The notes: generated by a model not told the origin, from the letters alone. A stretch of 64,000 nucleotides of DNA from Symbiobacterium thermophilum (GCA_020725105.1 DYFQ01000003.1:12136-76135), one strand, 5' to 3'. Positions 54,057-64,000 are shown, counted from the stretch's first letter. Translations and numbers: made by a program.

Positions 54057-55901
54057 ATGTGCGGTATCGCCGGCTGGATTGACTACGAAGCTGAATTCAC
54101 CGCGGAATCGGCGGCCCTGGAGGCGGTGGCCAGGACCATGGCCTGCCGGGGACCCGACGGCGAGGGGACCTGGGCCGGGCGACACGCGGCCCTCGCTCAC
54201 CGCCGGCTGATCGTGGTCGACCCGGCGGGTGGCGGGCAGCCCATGACCCTCGAGCGGGGCGGCAACACCTACGTCATCACCTACAACGGCGAGCTCTACA
54301 ACACCGAGGACCTCCGGCGCGAGCTCCTGGCCCGGGGCCACAGTTTCCGGGGTCATTCCGACACCGAGGTCCTGCTGGCGTCGTTCGTGGAGTGGGGTCC
54401 GGCCTGCCTGGAACGGCTGAACGGGATCTTCGCCTTCGGCATCTGGAGCGCGGCCGACGAGCGCCTGTTCCTGGCCCGCGACCGGCTGGGGGTGAAGCCG
54501 CTCTTCTTCGTCCAGCGGGGCCGCGGCCTGCTCTTTGCGTCCGAGCTGAAGGCGATCCTGGCCCACGGCCTGGTGGCGCCGGAGGTGGACGCCGAAGGGC
54601 TGGCCGAGGTATTCGCCATCGGTCCGGGGCGCACGCCGGGCCACGGGGTGTTTCGCGGCGTGGAGGAACTGAGGCCCGGCTACTGGCTGGCCTTCGACCG
54701 GCGCGGCACCCGGACCGGCCGGTACTGGGCCCTGGAGAGTCGGCCCCACCCCGACGACCCGGAGACGACGGCCACCCGCGTGCGTGGCCTCCTGCAGGAC
54801 GCCGTCGAGCGCCAGCTCGTGTCCGACGTGCCGGTGTGCGCCCTCCTGTCGGGAGGCGTGGACTCCAGCGCCATCACGGCCTTCGCGGCCGGTGCGTACC
54901 GGCGGGCGGGCACAGGTGCCCTGAACACCTACTCCGTGGATTACGTGGACAACGACCGTCACTTCCGGCCCAGCGACTTCCAGCCCGACGCCGACGGCCC
55001 GTGGGCCCGGCGGGTGGCCGACTGGTTCGGCACCCGTCACCACCAGGTGCAACTGGACAACTCGGACCTGGTTGACGCCCTCGATGCCGCGGTGAGGGCC
55101 CGCGACCTCCCCGGCATGGCCGACGTGGACGCGTCGCTGTACCTCTTCAGCCGCGCCATCAAGCGCGACGCCACGGTGGCGCTGTCGGGGGAGTGCGCCG
55201 ACGAGGTCTTTGGCGGTTACCCCTGGTTCCGGCGACCCGAGGCCGTGGCGGCGGACACCTTCCCCTGGGCCCTGGGGCTCGGTGAGCGGTGGCGGCTGCT
55301 GTCGCCCGAGCTGGTCCGCCACATCATGCCCGAGGCGTACCTGGCCGAGCGCTACCGGGAAGCGCTGGCCGAGGTGCCCGCCCTGCCGGGCGAGGACCCG
55401 GCCGACGCCCGGCTCCGCCAGATAGCGTACCTCACCCTCACCCGCTGGATGCCCGTGCTGCTGGACCGCAAGGACCGGATGAGCATGGCCGTCGGCCTGG
55501 AGGTCCGGGTACCCTACTGCGACCACCGGCTGGTGGAATACGTGTGGAACGTGCCCTGGCCGGTGAAGCGCTGGAGCGGCCAGGAGAAGGGCCTCCTCCG
55601 CAAGGCGCTGGCCGCCGTCCTGCCCTCGGCCGTGCTGGAACGGCGCAAGAGCCCGTACCCCAAGACCTACAACCCGGCCTACCTGGCGGCGGTCCGGGAG
55701 AGGCTGCTGGACATCCTGGCCGACCCCGGCTCGCCGCTGCGGCCCCTGGTCGACGTGGACCGGGTGCGGGCCATGTGCCGGCCCGACGCGCCGGTCTCGA
55801 CGACGCCCTGGTTCGGCCAGCTGATGGCCGGCCCGCAGCTGCTGGCCTACCTCGTCCAGACCGACGTCTGGCTGAGGGAGTACCGGGTGCGGCTCGTCTG
55901 A
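54057..55901 (+). CDS. asnB: Asparagine synthase (glutamine-hydrolysing), AsnO-like
   Basis: MCGIAG, RGPD, YNGELYN, LSGGVDSS, SGECADEVFGGY. Confidence 0.93.
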   Translation: MCGIAGWIDYEAEFTAESAALEAVARTMACRGPDGEGTWAGRHAALAHRRLIVVDPAGGGQPMTLERGGNTYVITYNGELYNTEDLRRELLARGHSFRGHSDTEVLLASFVEWGPACLERLNGIFAFGIWSAADERLFLARDRLGVKPLFFVQRGRGLLFASELKAILAHGLVAPEVDAEGLAEVFAIGPGRTPGHGVFRGVEELRPGYWLAFDRRGTRTGRYWALESRPHPDDPETTATRVRGLLQDAVERQLVSDVPVCALLSGGVDSSAITAFAAGAYRRAGTGALNTYSVDYVDNDRHFRPSDFQPDADGPWARRVADWFGTRHHQVQLDNSDLVDALDAAVRARDLPGMADVDASLYLFSRAIKRDATVALSGECADEVFGGYPWFRRPEAVAADTFPWALGLGERWRLLSPELVRHIMPEAYLAERYREALAEVPALPGEDPADARLRQIAYLTLTRWMPVLLDRKDRMSMAVGLEVRVPYCDHRLVEYVWNVPWPVKRWSGQEKGLLRKALAAVLPSAVLERRKSPYPKTYNPAYLAAVRERLLDILADPGSPLRPLVDVDRVRAMCRPDAPVSTTPWFGQLMAGPQLLAYLVQTDVWLREYRVRLV

Positions 55902-55906
55902 CCCAC

Positions 55907-56158
55907 CTACTTGAGGCCGGTCTTGATGGCCTCGAACTCCTCGCGGCTGATCTCGCCCCGGGCGTACCGCAGCCGCAGGACGTCAAGGGCCTCGCTCGCG
56001 GCTCCGGCGGGCCGCGCCCGCGGGAAGAACCGGCCGGCGGCCCAGATCAGGGTGCCGAACAGCAATCCCCAGAAGACCAGGGTCAGGACAAAACCCCACC
56101 AGCCGGCGCCCGCGCCGCCCCACGCCGCCGGGTGACACCACCCGCCCCACATCGGCAA
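55907..56158 (-). CDS. SHOCT-domain membrane protein
   Basis: TM segment, then ALDVLRLRYARGEISREEF. Confidence 0.88.
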   Translation of the reverse strand: MPMWGGWCHPAAWGGAGAGWWGFVLTLVFWGLLFGTLIWAAGRFFPRARPAGAASEALDVLRLRYARGEISREEFEAIKTGLK

Positions 56159-56243
56159 ACCGCCCCTTTCAGGAGTCGCTGAAATTCAGAACTGGCCAGG
56201 TCCAATGATGGCCCGCCGCTGTCAAGCTCCCGTGGGCGGCCGG

Positions 56244-56259
56244 TGAAGATCTGGTTAAG
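56244..56259. promoter_or_regulatory. Possible OmpR-family direct-repeat site
   Basis: TGAAG-N6-TTAAG (11-bp period) upstream of the SHOCT gene. Confidence 0.35.
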
Positions 56260-56290
56260 CGGCGGGGCAACGCGGCCGCGAGGGGCCCGT

Positions 56291-57418
56291 TCAGGGGCGG
56301 GCAGTCGGCAGGGTGAACCGGAAGGTGCTGCCCTGGCCCGGGCCGGCGCTCTCGGCCCAGATCCGCCCGCCGTGCGCCTCCACCAGGGACCGGGCGATGG
56401 TCAGGCCGACGCCGCTACCGCCGCTGGCGCGGGCGCGGGACTTGTCCACCCGGTAAAACCGCTCGAACAGGTGGGGCAGGTGTTCGGCGGCGATGCCCTC
56501 GCCCGTATCGGAGACGGCCACCTCCACGTGGCCGCCGGCGTGGGTGGCGGTCACCGAGACCCGGCCGCCGGCCGGAGTGTACTGCAGCGCGTTACCCAGC
56601 AGGTTGGTGAGGACCTGGGCGATCCGGTCCTCGTCGGCCCAGACCCGCGGCAGGTCGCGCGGCAGGTTCACCGCGAGGCTGACCTCCTTGGCCTGGTACT
56701 GGCTCTCCAGCCGCGCCGTTGCCGCCTTCACCGCGCCGGCCAGGGGCACCGGGCGGGGCTCCAGCGACAACCGGCCGCCCTCGGCGCGGGAAAGCTCTTC
56801 CAGGTCCTCCACCAGCCGGCGCAGCCGCGAGGCTTCTCTGGCCACCAGGGCGTACGTCTGCGAACTGGGCTCGGTCACCCCGTCCAGCAGCCCCTCCATG
56901 TAGCCCTCGATGGTCGTCAGCGGCGTCTTCAGTTCGTGGGCCACGTCGCCGATGAGGGCCAGCCGGCGGGACTCGGCCGCCGCCAGGGCCTCGGCCATCT
57001 GGTTGAAACCCTTGGCCAGCTCCGCCAGTTCCTCTGGACCGTTCACCTGGATCCGCTGGTCGTACCGCCCCTGGGCCACCCGGCGGGTGCCGGCGACCAC
57101 CGCCCGGATGGGACTGGTGATCCGGCGGCTGACGACGTAGGCCAGTCCGACCGCGGTGAGGACGGCCGCCAGTACCGCCCAGCCCAGGGCGCTCCGCAGG
57201 CCGCGGAAGAACAGCTCCCGCAGGGCCTCGTTCATGGCGTCCGTCATCACGGCGGCCATCATCCGGCCCATGCCCCGCCCGGCGCCCATCATCGCCCCCA
57301 TGTGGTACTCGAAGGCCACCGGCGCCGTCCACTGGAGCACGAGCCACAGGGCGGCCACCGCCGTGCCGATGACGGCCAGGTAGGAGACGAACAGGCGGAG
57401 CTGCAGCCCACCCCTCAC
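56291..57418 (-). CDS. HAMP sensor histidine kinase with a Met-rich sensor loop
   Basis: Two TMs, HAMP, AHELKTPL, NLLGNA, DTGEGI, GSGVGL. Confidence 0.93.
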   Translation of the reverse strand: MRGGLQLRLFVSYLAVIGTAVAALWLVLQWTAPVAFEYHMGAMMGAGRGMGRMMAAVMTDAMNEALRELFFRGLRSALGWAVLAAVLTAVGLAYVVSRRITSPIRAVVAGTRRVAQGRYDQRIQVNGPEELAELAKGFNQMAEALAAAESRRLALIGDVAHELKTPLTTIEGYMEGLLDGVTEPSSQTYALVAREASRLRRLVEDLEELSRAEGGRLSLEPRPVPLAGAVKAATARLESQYQAKEVSLAVNLPRDLPRVWADEDRIAQVLTNLLGNALQYTPAGGRVSVTATHAGGHVEVAVSDTGEGIAAEHLPHLFERFYRVDKSRARASGGSGVGLTIARSLVEAHGGRIWAESAGPGQGSTFRFTLPTARP

Positions 57419-58131
57419 GCCCGGGCCCCCACGAACTTGTAGCCGACGCCCCGCACCGTCTCGATGAACCGGGGATTGGCCGCGTCGTCGCCCAGTTTCT
57501 TTCGTAGCTGGGCGATGTGCACGTCGACCACCCGGTCGTCGCCGTAGAAATCGTGCCCCCAGACCCGTTCGAGCAGGCGTTCCCTGGTCAGTACCACCCC
57601 GGGGTGCGAGGCCAGGGCATGCAGGATGTCAAACTCGAGGGTGGTCAGGCGGATGGGGCCGGTCTCGCCGGTAACCTCCCGGCGGAGCGGGTCGATCCTC
57701 AGGCCGGCAAATTCCAGCGGCGGCTCGGCGGCGGCGCCACCGTCACGGCCGCGGCCCCGCCGGAGCACGGTCTTGGCCCGGGCCGCCAGTTCCCGGGGGC
57801 TGAAGGGCTTGGTCACGTAGTCGTCGGCCCCGACGGCCAGGCCAATAAGCTTGTCCGTCTCCTCGGAACGTGCGGTCAGCAGGATGACGTAGGGGTCATA
57901 GTGGCGCCGGACCTCGCGGAGAACCTCGAGGCCGTCCATGCCAGGCAGCATCACATCGAGAACGATCAGGTCCGGTTTCAGCGCCCGGGCGCGCTCCAGC
58001 GCGGTCGGCCCGTCGTGGGCGGTGAGCACCTTGAAGCCCTCGCGCTCCAGGTACGCCTTGACCAGGTCCACGATGCTGGCCTCGTCGTCCACCACCAGCA
58101 CCAGCGCTCCGGCCGGCGCGGCCACGGCCAC
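57415..58131 (-). CDS. OmpR-family response regulator
   Basis: LVVDDE, LDVMLP, GADDYVTKPF, ETVRGVGY; GTG with RBS at 58131. Confidence 0.93.
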   Translation of the reverse strand: MAVAAPAGALVLVVDDEASIVDLVKAYLEREGFKVLTAHDGPTALERARALKPDLIVLDVMLPGMDGLEVLREVRRHYDPYVILLTARSEETDKLIGLAVGADDYVTKPFSPRELAARAKTVLRRGRGRDGGAAAEPPLEFAGLRIDPLRREVTGETGPIRLTTLEFDILHALASHPGVVLTRERLLERVWGHDFYGDDRVVDVHIAQLRKKLGDDAANPRFIETVRGVGYKFVGARA

Positions 58132-58302
58132 CGCCTCCCTCCTTGACAGCTTCATGCTACCACCGGCCTCGGGGAGCAACAAGTCCTGGAGCCCGCGGAG
58201 CAGGGAATACGTGGGGTGAGGGCGTACCCCAGCTGAAAGCCTGGCAGTGGGGGCGGCCGGCCGGAGCAGGCCGCCGCTCCGCCTGCGCGGAGGTGGCCGG
58301 CA

Positions 58303-58791
58303 ATGAACCTTCACCCGCTGGCCCGGCGGGTCCAGGAGGCCCTGGACCGGGCGGGAGCGGGCGCGACGGTGGTGGAGATGACGGCCAGCACCAGGACGTC
58401 AGAGGACGCCGCCCGCGCGCTCGGCACCGACGTCCGGCACATCGCCAAGAGCCTGGTGTTCCGGGTAGGTGACGGGCTGGCGCTGGTGATCGCCAGCGGA
58501 TCCGACCGCGTGGACCTGGCGAAGCTGTCGGCGGCCTGCGGTGCCCCGGCCCGCCGGGCCGACGCCGACGCGGTCAAGGCGGCCACCGGCTTCCCCATCG
58601 GCGGCGTGCCCCCGCTGGGCCACCGCACGCCGCTGCCGACCTACCTCGACCGGCGCCTGCTGGCCCTGGACCACGTGTGGGCCGCGGCCGGGACACCCCA
58701 GGCGGTCTTCCGTACCACTCCCGCCGACCTGGTCCGGATCACCGGCGGCACCGTGGCCGACCTGGCCGTCGAACCGGCCGGGGGCGGTTAG
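58303..58791 (+). CDS. YbaK/EbsC aminoacyl-tRNA deacylase
   Basis: IAKSLVF, TGFPIGGVPPLGH, WAAAGTP. Confidence 0.9.
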   Translation: MNLHPLARRVQEALDRAGAGATVVEMTASTRTSEDAARALGTDVRHIAKSLVFRVGDGLALVIASGSDRVDLAKLSAACGAPARRADADAVKAATGFPIGGVPPLGHRTPLPTYLDRRLLALDHVWAAAGTPQAVFRTTPADLVRITGGTVADLAVEPAGGG

Positions 58792-58896
58792 CTCGAGGCC
58801 CCGGTCCCGGCCGGCGGGGCGGCAGCGCCATCTGGTTGCGGCCGGCGTCCTTGGCCAGGTAACACGCGAGGGTAACCCTGCCGCTCCAGTCGCGCC

Positions 58897-59979
58897 TCAG
58901 CCGATGAAGCCCCGCGAGGCCAGGTACTCCGCCACCAGCACGGCCCCCTTGCCCGCCCCCATTTTCGTGTTGTGGGTGACCAGCACGTACTTGAGGCCGC
59001 CTTCGAACACGCCGTCGGTGCGGATGCGGCCCACGGTGGTGGCCATGCCGCCCTCGTTGTCCCGGTCCAGCCTCGGTTGGGGCCGGAAGGGGTCGCCGAC
59101 CACCACCAGCAACCGGCCGGGGGCCGAGGGCAGCCCGAGGCCCACGAAGTCCCGGCCGAACTCGCGGAAGACCCTGGCCGCGGCTTCGGGCGTCGCCCCC
59201 CGTTCGGTCTCCACGAAGACCGCCTCGGTGTGGCCCTCCAGCACCGGCACCCTGGTGCAGGTGGCGCTCAGCCGGAGCGCGGCCTCCCGGACCGTATCGC
59301 CGTCCAGCCGGCCCAGGATCTTCTTGCTTTCGGCCTCGACCTTCTCTTCCTCCCGGGGGATGAAGGGGACCACGTTGTCGATGATGTCCAGGGCGATCAC
59401 CCCGGGCGACCGGCCGGCGCCGGAGACGCCCTGCAGCGAGGTGACCACCACCCGCCGGAGGCCAAAGGCTTCGGCCACGGGTTTCAGGGTCATCACCAGC
59501 CCGGTGACGGTGCAGTTGGGAATGGGGGTGATGAAGCCCCGCCAGCCGCGCCGGGCCTGTTGCACGCGGAGCAGGGACGCGTGCTCCATGTTGACTCCGG
59601 GCACGAGAATGGGCACGTCGGGTGCCATGCGGAAGGCCGAGGCGGTGCTGATGACCGGGGTGGTCCGGGCGTAGCGCGGTTCCAGTTCCCGGGCCACGTC
59701 GGACTCCACGGCCGTGAAGATGCAACTGAAAGCCTGAGGGTCGAGGTCGGCGGCGTCCTGGACCACCTGCTCCAGGAGTTCAGGGGCCGGATCCTCCGGC
59801 AGCCACCACCGGAGGGCGCCGGTGCCCGGGTCCCGGAGGGCCTCACCGTACGTCTTTCCCGCCGATCGCTCCGAGGCGGCCAGGCCGGTCAGCTCGAACC
59901 ACGGGTGACGCTGCAGGCTGGCGACGAGTTGCTGGCCGGCGATGCCCGTGCAGCCGACCACGGCTACCCTGTGTCCCAC
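58897..59979 (-). CDS. asd: Aspartate-semialdehyde dehydrogenase (archaeal/fungal-type)
   Basis: HPWFE, ASERSAGK.Y, PNC, SLQGVSGAG, CTRVPVLEGH, PQPRLDRD, HNT. Confidence 0.9.
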   Translation of the reverse strand: MGHRVAVVGCTGIAGQQLVASLQRHPWFELTGLAASERSAGKTYGEALRDPGTGALRWWLPEDPAPELLEQVVQDAADLDPQAFSCIFTAVESDVARELEPRYARTTPVISTASAFRMAPDVPILVPGVNMEHASLLRVQQARRGWRGFITPIPNCTVTGLVMTLKPVAEAFGLRRVVVTSLQGVSGAGRSPGVIALDIIDNVVPFIPREEEKVEAESKKILGRLDGDTVREAALRLSATCTRVPVLEGHTEAVFVETERGATPEAAARVFREFGRDFVGLGLPSAPGRLLVVVGDPFRPQPRLDRDNEGGMATTVGRIRTDGVFEGGLKYVLVTHNTKMGAGKGAVLVAEYLASRGFIG

Positions 59980-60084
59980 GGTCGTCCCCCTCTCGTCTCC
60001 CCGCGGCCGCGGCGCCGGTTCCAGCCTACGCCGGTCCAGCCGCCGGTGTCGCCCTGGCGCAGTATCGCCCCCTGAAGTTCCCGG

Positions 60085-61227
60085 CTACAGGCTCTCCAGG
60101 AGGCGGGCCAGCAGCGCCGCCCTGGGCGCCAGGTGCGGCACCAGCACGTGCTCGTGCAGGGCGTGGGCCCCGTCACCCATGGCGCCCAGGCCGTCAAGGG
60201 TGGGAATGCCCAGCGCGGCGGTGAAATTGCCGTCCGAACCGCCGCCGGTTCCCCCTTCCGTCACCTCGAAGCCTAGCTCCCTGGCGAGTTCCCTGGCCCG
60301 TTCGAACAGGGCCACGATGGCCGGGGTCCGCTCCATGGGGGGCCGGTTCATGCCCCCCTCCACCGTCACGGTGGCCCCGGGCAAGAAAGGCTTCAGCCCC
60401 AGGATGGCCGGCACCACCTGCTCGGCCGCGGCGGGGGTCATCACCCGCAGGTCCACCTCGGCCTCAGCCTCGGCGGCCACCACGTTGGAACGGGTGCCGC
60501 CCCGGACAACGCCCACGTTGACGGTGGTCCCGGTGGCGTAGTCCGTCAGCGAGTGGAGCTTCACGACCTGGCGGGCCAGTTCCTCGATGGCGCTGACCCC
60601 CTGCTCGGGGTCCGCCCCCGCGTGGGCCGCCCGGCCGGTCACGCGGACGCGGAACATGCCCACCCCCTTGCGCCAGGTCTTGAGGGCGCCGTAAGGGGGG
60701 ACAGGAGGTTCCAGCACCAGCACGGCCGAGGCCCGCCGGGCTTCGGCCTCGATGATGGGGCGCGAAGTGGGGCTGCCCACCTCCTCGTCGGAGGTGACCA
60801 GCGCCACCACGTCGGCCGCCGGGCTGCGGCCCAGGGCCCTCAAGGCCCGCAGGGCGAAGACCGCCTGGGTGATCCCGCCCTTCATGTCGTATACCCCGGG
60901 GCCGTAAAGCCGGTCGCCTTCACGCCGCAGGGGTTGCTTCTGAAGCTGGCCCACGGCCCACACGGTGTCCATGTGGCACAGCACCAGCACCCGGCGGGAA
61001 CGGTCGGCGCCCGGGAAAACGGCCCGCAGGTGGTTGCCGGCTTCGCCCTGGGGCAGCATCTCGACGGCGCCGCCGGCGTCCTGCAGCGCCGCCGCCAGGT
61101 GTTCTCCCAGCCGGTCGAGGGCGGCCTTGTCGCCCGATGGCGACTCCCGTCCCGCCAGGCCGCCCAGGAACGCCACCATGTTCTCGGTCTCTCTTTCCAG
61201 GTAAGCGAGGACGTCTCGAGGGTTCAC
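60085..61227 (-). CDS. M20 metallopeptidase (carboxypeptidase G2-like)
   Basis: HMDTV, GPGVYDMKGG, DEEVGS, AHAG, GGGSDGN. Confidence 0.9.
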   Translation of the reverse strand: MNPRDVLAYLERETENMVAFLGGLAGRESPSGDKAALDRLGEHLAAALQDAGGAVEMLPQGEAGNHLRAVFPGADRSRRVLVLCHMDTVWAVGQLQKQPLRREGDRLYGPGVYDMKGGITQAVFALRALRALGRSPAADVVALVTSDEEVGSPTSRPIIEAEARRASAVLVLEPPVPPYGALKTWRKGVGMFRVRVTGRAAHAGADPEQGVSAIEELARQVVKLHSLTDYATGTTVNVGVVRGGTRSNVVAAEAEAEVDLRVMTPAAAEQVVPAILGLKPFLPGATVTVEGGMNRPPMERTPAIVALFERARELARELGFEVTEGGTGGGSDGNFTAALGIPTLDGLGAMGDGAHALHEHVLVPHLAPRAALLARLLESL

Positions 61228-61230
61228 CCG

Positions 61231-61914
61231 CTAACCTCCCAGAAACAGCCTGGCCAGGACGATGGCCACCAGGAGACCCGGCAGGAAGTTGGCCACCCGG
61301 ATTCTGGCCATGCCCAGCATGTTGATGCCGATACCGACGATCATCAGGCCGCCGGTGGCCGTCAGCTCCCGGACCACCGGGTCGGTCATGAACTGTCTGA
61401 CGCTTCCCGCCAAGAGCGTCAGGCCGCCCTGGTAAAACAGGATGGTGAAGACGGAAAAGAGCACGCCGACCCCCAGCGTGGAGGCGAAGGCGACCGACGA
61501 GAGCCCGTCCATGACGGACTTGGTAAGGAGGATGGTGTAGTCGCCCTGCAGCCCGTCGGCGATGGAGCCCAGAATGGTCATGGGGCCCACGCAGAACAGC
61601 AGGCTGGCCGAGACGAAGGCCTTGGTGAAGTCGCCGTCCTTCCGGCCGTAGCGAGCTTCCAGGCGGCGCCCCAGGGCATCAAGCCGCGCCTCCAGGTCGA
61701 GCGCCTCGCCGGCCATGCCGCCCAGCACCAGGCTGAACAGGACCACCAGGGCGTTCTCGCTGCCCAGGGCCAGCCTGGTGCCGAGCACCAGGGTGAACAG
61801 GCCTACCCCCTGAAAGATGGTCTCCGCCAGCCGGGCCGGCAGGCGCCGCCGCAGCAGGAGCCCGCCCAGCCCGCCCGCCGCCACCGCGGCGATGTTGATG
61901 AACGTGCCCGTCAC
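61231..61914 (-). CDS. DUF554 membrane protein
   Basis: GTFIN, SLLFCVGPMTILGS, KSVMDG, ANFLP. Confidence 0.9.
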   Translation of the reverse strand: MTGTFINIAAVAAGGLGGLLLRRRLPARLAETIFQGVGLFTLVLGTRLALGSENALVVLFSLVLGGMAGEALDLEARLDALGRRLEARYGRKDGDFTKAFVSASLLFCVGPMTILGSIADGLQGDYTILLTKSVMDGLSSVAFASTLGVGVLFSVFTILFYQGGLTLLAGSVRQFMTDPVVRELTATGGLMIVGIGINMLGMARIRVANFLPGLLVAIVLARLFLGG

Positions 61915-62138
61915 CGTCTTGCCCCCGCTTCAGGGCCGCGGCCGCACCCGTCGACCGGGCGTCCTTCGCCTGACGGCACCTGTTCCGCGTTGGCGGCGCG
62001 GTCCCTGCCGGCCCGGGGTCAGTCCCGACCGAGGCCGGCGCCTGCGCGGCGCGTGCCCCCAGGGAACTCCAGGCCCAGGGCAGGGGCCCACCCGGGCCGC
62101 CTCGACCCCCGGACCGGGCCGCCACGGAGCCAGCCATC

Positions 62139-63614
62139 CTACGGCAACGTGACGACGGCTGCCGAAACCAGGCGGAAGAAGGGCGCCGCGCCGAGGCCGA
62201 TGAGCAGCGTCCCCAGGACGGCCAGGGTGAAGCCTAGGCCGAACACGGGTGACGCCTTCAGCGGCTCTTCCGTCGCCGGCTCCTCCATGAACATGGCCCG
62301 GACCACGTTCCAGTAGTAACCCAGCGAGATGACGGAGTTCACCGCCATGGCGACGGCCAGCCAGAACAGGCCGGCGTCCACGGCGGCGCTGAAGAGCAGG
62401 AACTTCCCGAAGAAGCCGGCCGTGGGCGGGATGCCGATGAGCGAGAGGAAGCAGAAGGTCAGCGCCCAGGCCACGAGCGGCGCCCGCCGGCCGAGCCCGG
62501 CGAAGTCGGCCAGCTCCTCGCTCTGGCCGTTGTGGGAGAGGTAGATCAGCGCGGCCCAGGCACCGAGATTCATCACAGTGTAGGCCAGCACGTAGTAGAG
62601 CATGGCCGAGATGCCCCGGTCGGTGGCCACCGCCAGGCCCACCAGGATGTAGCCGGCCTGGGCGATGGAGGAGTAGGCCATCATCCGCTTGACGTTCTGC
62701 TGCAACAGCGCCGTCACGTTGCCCAGGGTCATGGTGGCCAGGGCCAGGACGGCGAAGACCGCCGCCCAGTTGGGCTGGATGATACCGAGCCCGGTGACGA
62801 ACACCCGGATGGCGGCGGCAAAGGCCGCTCCTTCCAGGCCCACCGAGAGAAACGCCGCAACCGGGGTGGGCGCGCCCTCGTATGCGTCGGGCACGTACAT
62901 GTGGAAGGGCACCGCCGCCATCTTGAAGCCGAAGCCGGCCACCAGGAACATGGTGGCGGCCAGGAGCGCCGGGCGGAAGGTGGCCGCCGCGCCGCCGGTG
63001 AGCGCATGGCCGATCTCCACCAGGTTGGTGGAACCGGTGATGCCGTAGACCAGCGAGAGCCCGAACAGGAGGACCGCCGAGCCCATCGCCCCGATCAGAA
63101 AGAGCTTGATGGATGCCTCCTGGGACCTGGCGTCGGACCGGAGCATGCCGGCCAGCACGTAGCCGGAGATGGAGGCCAGCTCCAGCCCGAGGTACAGCAT
63201 GAGCAACTCGTGGGTGGAGGCCATCAGCATGATGCCCACGGTGGCGAAGAGCACCAGCGCGTAGAACTCGCCTGCCGGGACCTGGCGGCGGGCCAGGTAG
63301 TCCGGGGACAGGCCGATCACGATCAGGGCGCCCAGCATGAACACGGGCCGGAAGAAGGTCGACGTGCCGTCCAGCACCAGCATCCGGGCCAGCACCTCGC
63401 CGGCGCCCCCGACGGACGGGCCCAGTCCGGCGAAGGCGGCGAGCACGCCCGTAGCGGCCACGAACACCAGCGGGCGCTCGCGGCCGCGCAGGAGCGGGCT
63501 GATGGCCACGATCACCGTCCCGGTGACCGCCAGGATCAACTCGGGCAACAGAAAGATCAGTTGCGCCACCAGGACGGCGGTATCGACCTCGCCCACGATC
63601 GGCAGCGTTGGCAT
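62139..63614 (-). CDS. nuoN: NADH-quinone oxidoreductase subunit N
   Basis: FKMAAVPFH..PDAYEGAPTP, KRMMAYSSI, GIPPTAGFFGK. Confidence 0.93.
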   Translation of the reverse strand: MPTLPIVGEVDTAVLVAQLIFLLPELILAVTGTVIVAISPLLRGRERPLVFVAATGVLAAFAGLGPSVGGAGEVLARMLVLDGTSTFFRPVFMLGALIVIGLSPDYLARRQVPAGEFYALVLFATVGIMLMASTHELLMLYLGLELASISGYVLAGMLRSDARSQEASIKLFLIGAMGSAVLLFGLSLVYGITGSTNLVEIGHALTGGAAATFRPALLAATMFLVAGFGFKMAAVPFHMYVPDAYEGAPTPVAAFLSVGLEGAAFAAAIRVFVTGLGIIQPNWAAVFAVLALATMTLGNVTALLQQNVKRMMAYSSIAQAGYILVGLAVATDRGISAMLYYVLAYTVMNLGAWAALIYLSHNGQSEELADFAGLGRRAPLVAWALTFCFLSLIGIPPTAGFFGKFLLFSAAVDAGLFWLAVAMAVNSVISLGYYWNVVRAMFMEEPATEEPLKASPVFGLGFTLAVLGTLLIGLGAAPFFRLVSAAVVTLP

Positions 63615-63684
63615 GTCCAGACGTCCTTTCCCTCAGCTTGGGGCCGGCAGCCGACGGTCGCGCGGGTGCGCCGGCCGGGTTCCG

Positions 63685-64000
63685 CTAGCCCAGCACCCGC
63701 CGGATGAACTCCATCACCGCCGGGTTGGTGATGTCAACCAGGAGCCGCGGCCACACGCCCAGCAGCACGATGAGGGCGGCCGGCGGCACCAGCGTCACCA
63801 GTTCACGGGCGTCGGCGTCGGGAATGCCCTTGAACTCCTCCATCTCCTCGCCCATGAGCATCCGCTGGATCATCCAGAGGATGTAGCCGGCGGCCAGCAC
63901 GATGGTGAGCACCCCGATGTACACCATGAGCTGGAAGAAGGGGTCGCCGGTGAGATACGCGCCCAGCAGCGTGAAGAACTCGCCGATGAACGGCGCCAGC
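63685..64000 (-). CDS. nuoM: NADH-quinone oxidoreductase subunit M, C-terminal part (start outside the window)
   Basis: LAPFIGEFFTLLGAY...LAAGYILWMIQR...REL...GVWP; directly upstream of nuoN. Confidence 0.88.
   Translation of the reverse strand, partial: LAPFIGEFFTLLGAYLTGDPFFQLMVYIGVLTIVLAAGYILWMIQRMLMGEEMEEFKGIPDADARELVTLVPPAALIVLLGVWPRLLVDITNPAVMEFIRRVLG

Noticed and set aside
54057-55901. Asparagine synthase as a lasso-peptide cyclase
   Set aside because: It has a full N-terminal Cys glutaminase domain, and no precursor, B protein or RRE gene is nearby.

Overview
Very GC-rich DNA from a probably spore-forming, monoderm Bacillota bacterium. Evidence: a SASP gene, Bacillus-like flagellar gene order, and no flgA/H/I. 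About 5.2-46 kb is one near-complete minus-strand flagellar cluster (flgB to fliT). It is headed by a sigma-H-like promoter and two tandem c-di-GMP-I riboswitches, each with its own terminator. It has internal sigma-28 promoters, two short flagellins with CsrA hairpins, a GT2-TPR glycosyltransferase and a PilZ brake. It has no che genes or flhG, and its FliY lacks the phosphatase motifs. The most unusual part lies downstream (0.3-5.0 kb). A PAS sigma-54 activator gene is followed by three perfect palindromic enhancer sites and a consensus -24/-12 promoter. Next come a truncated HD-GYP gene, an unannotated 17-aa peptide, and a deleted secreted subtilase with a Trp-repeat tail. After these are a CheY lacking its phospho-Asp, an HD-GYP with HD changed to CD, and an unannotated 26-aa signal-peptide-like ORF ending GAWLKWR. 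I infer this is a partly decayed Trp-peptide/c-di-GMP signalling module. The right end (46.6-64 kb) is mostly housekeeping and redox genes: sodA, amrS/amrB, icd, a CsoR/CstR-operator-controlled PDO-CoADR operon, asparagine synthase, a two-component system, asd, nuoN and nuoM. All family calls come from reading motifs by eye; no searches were run.
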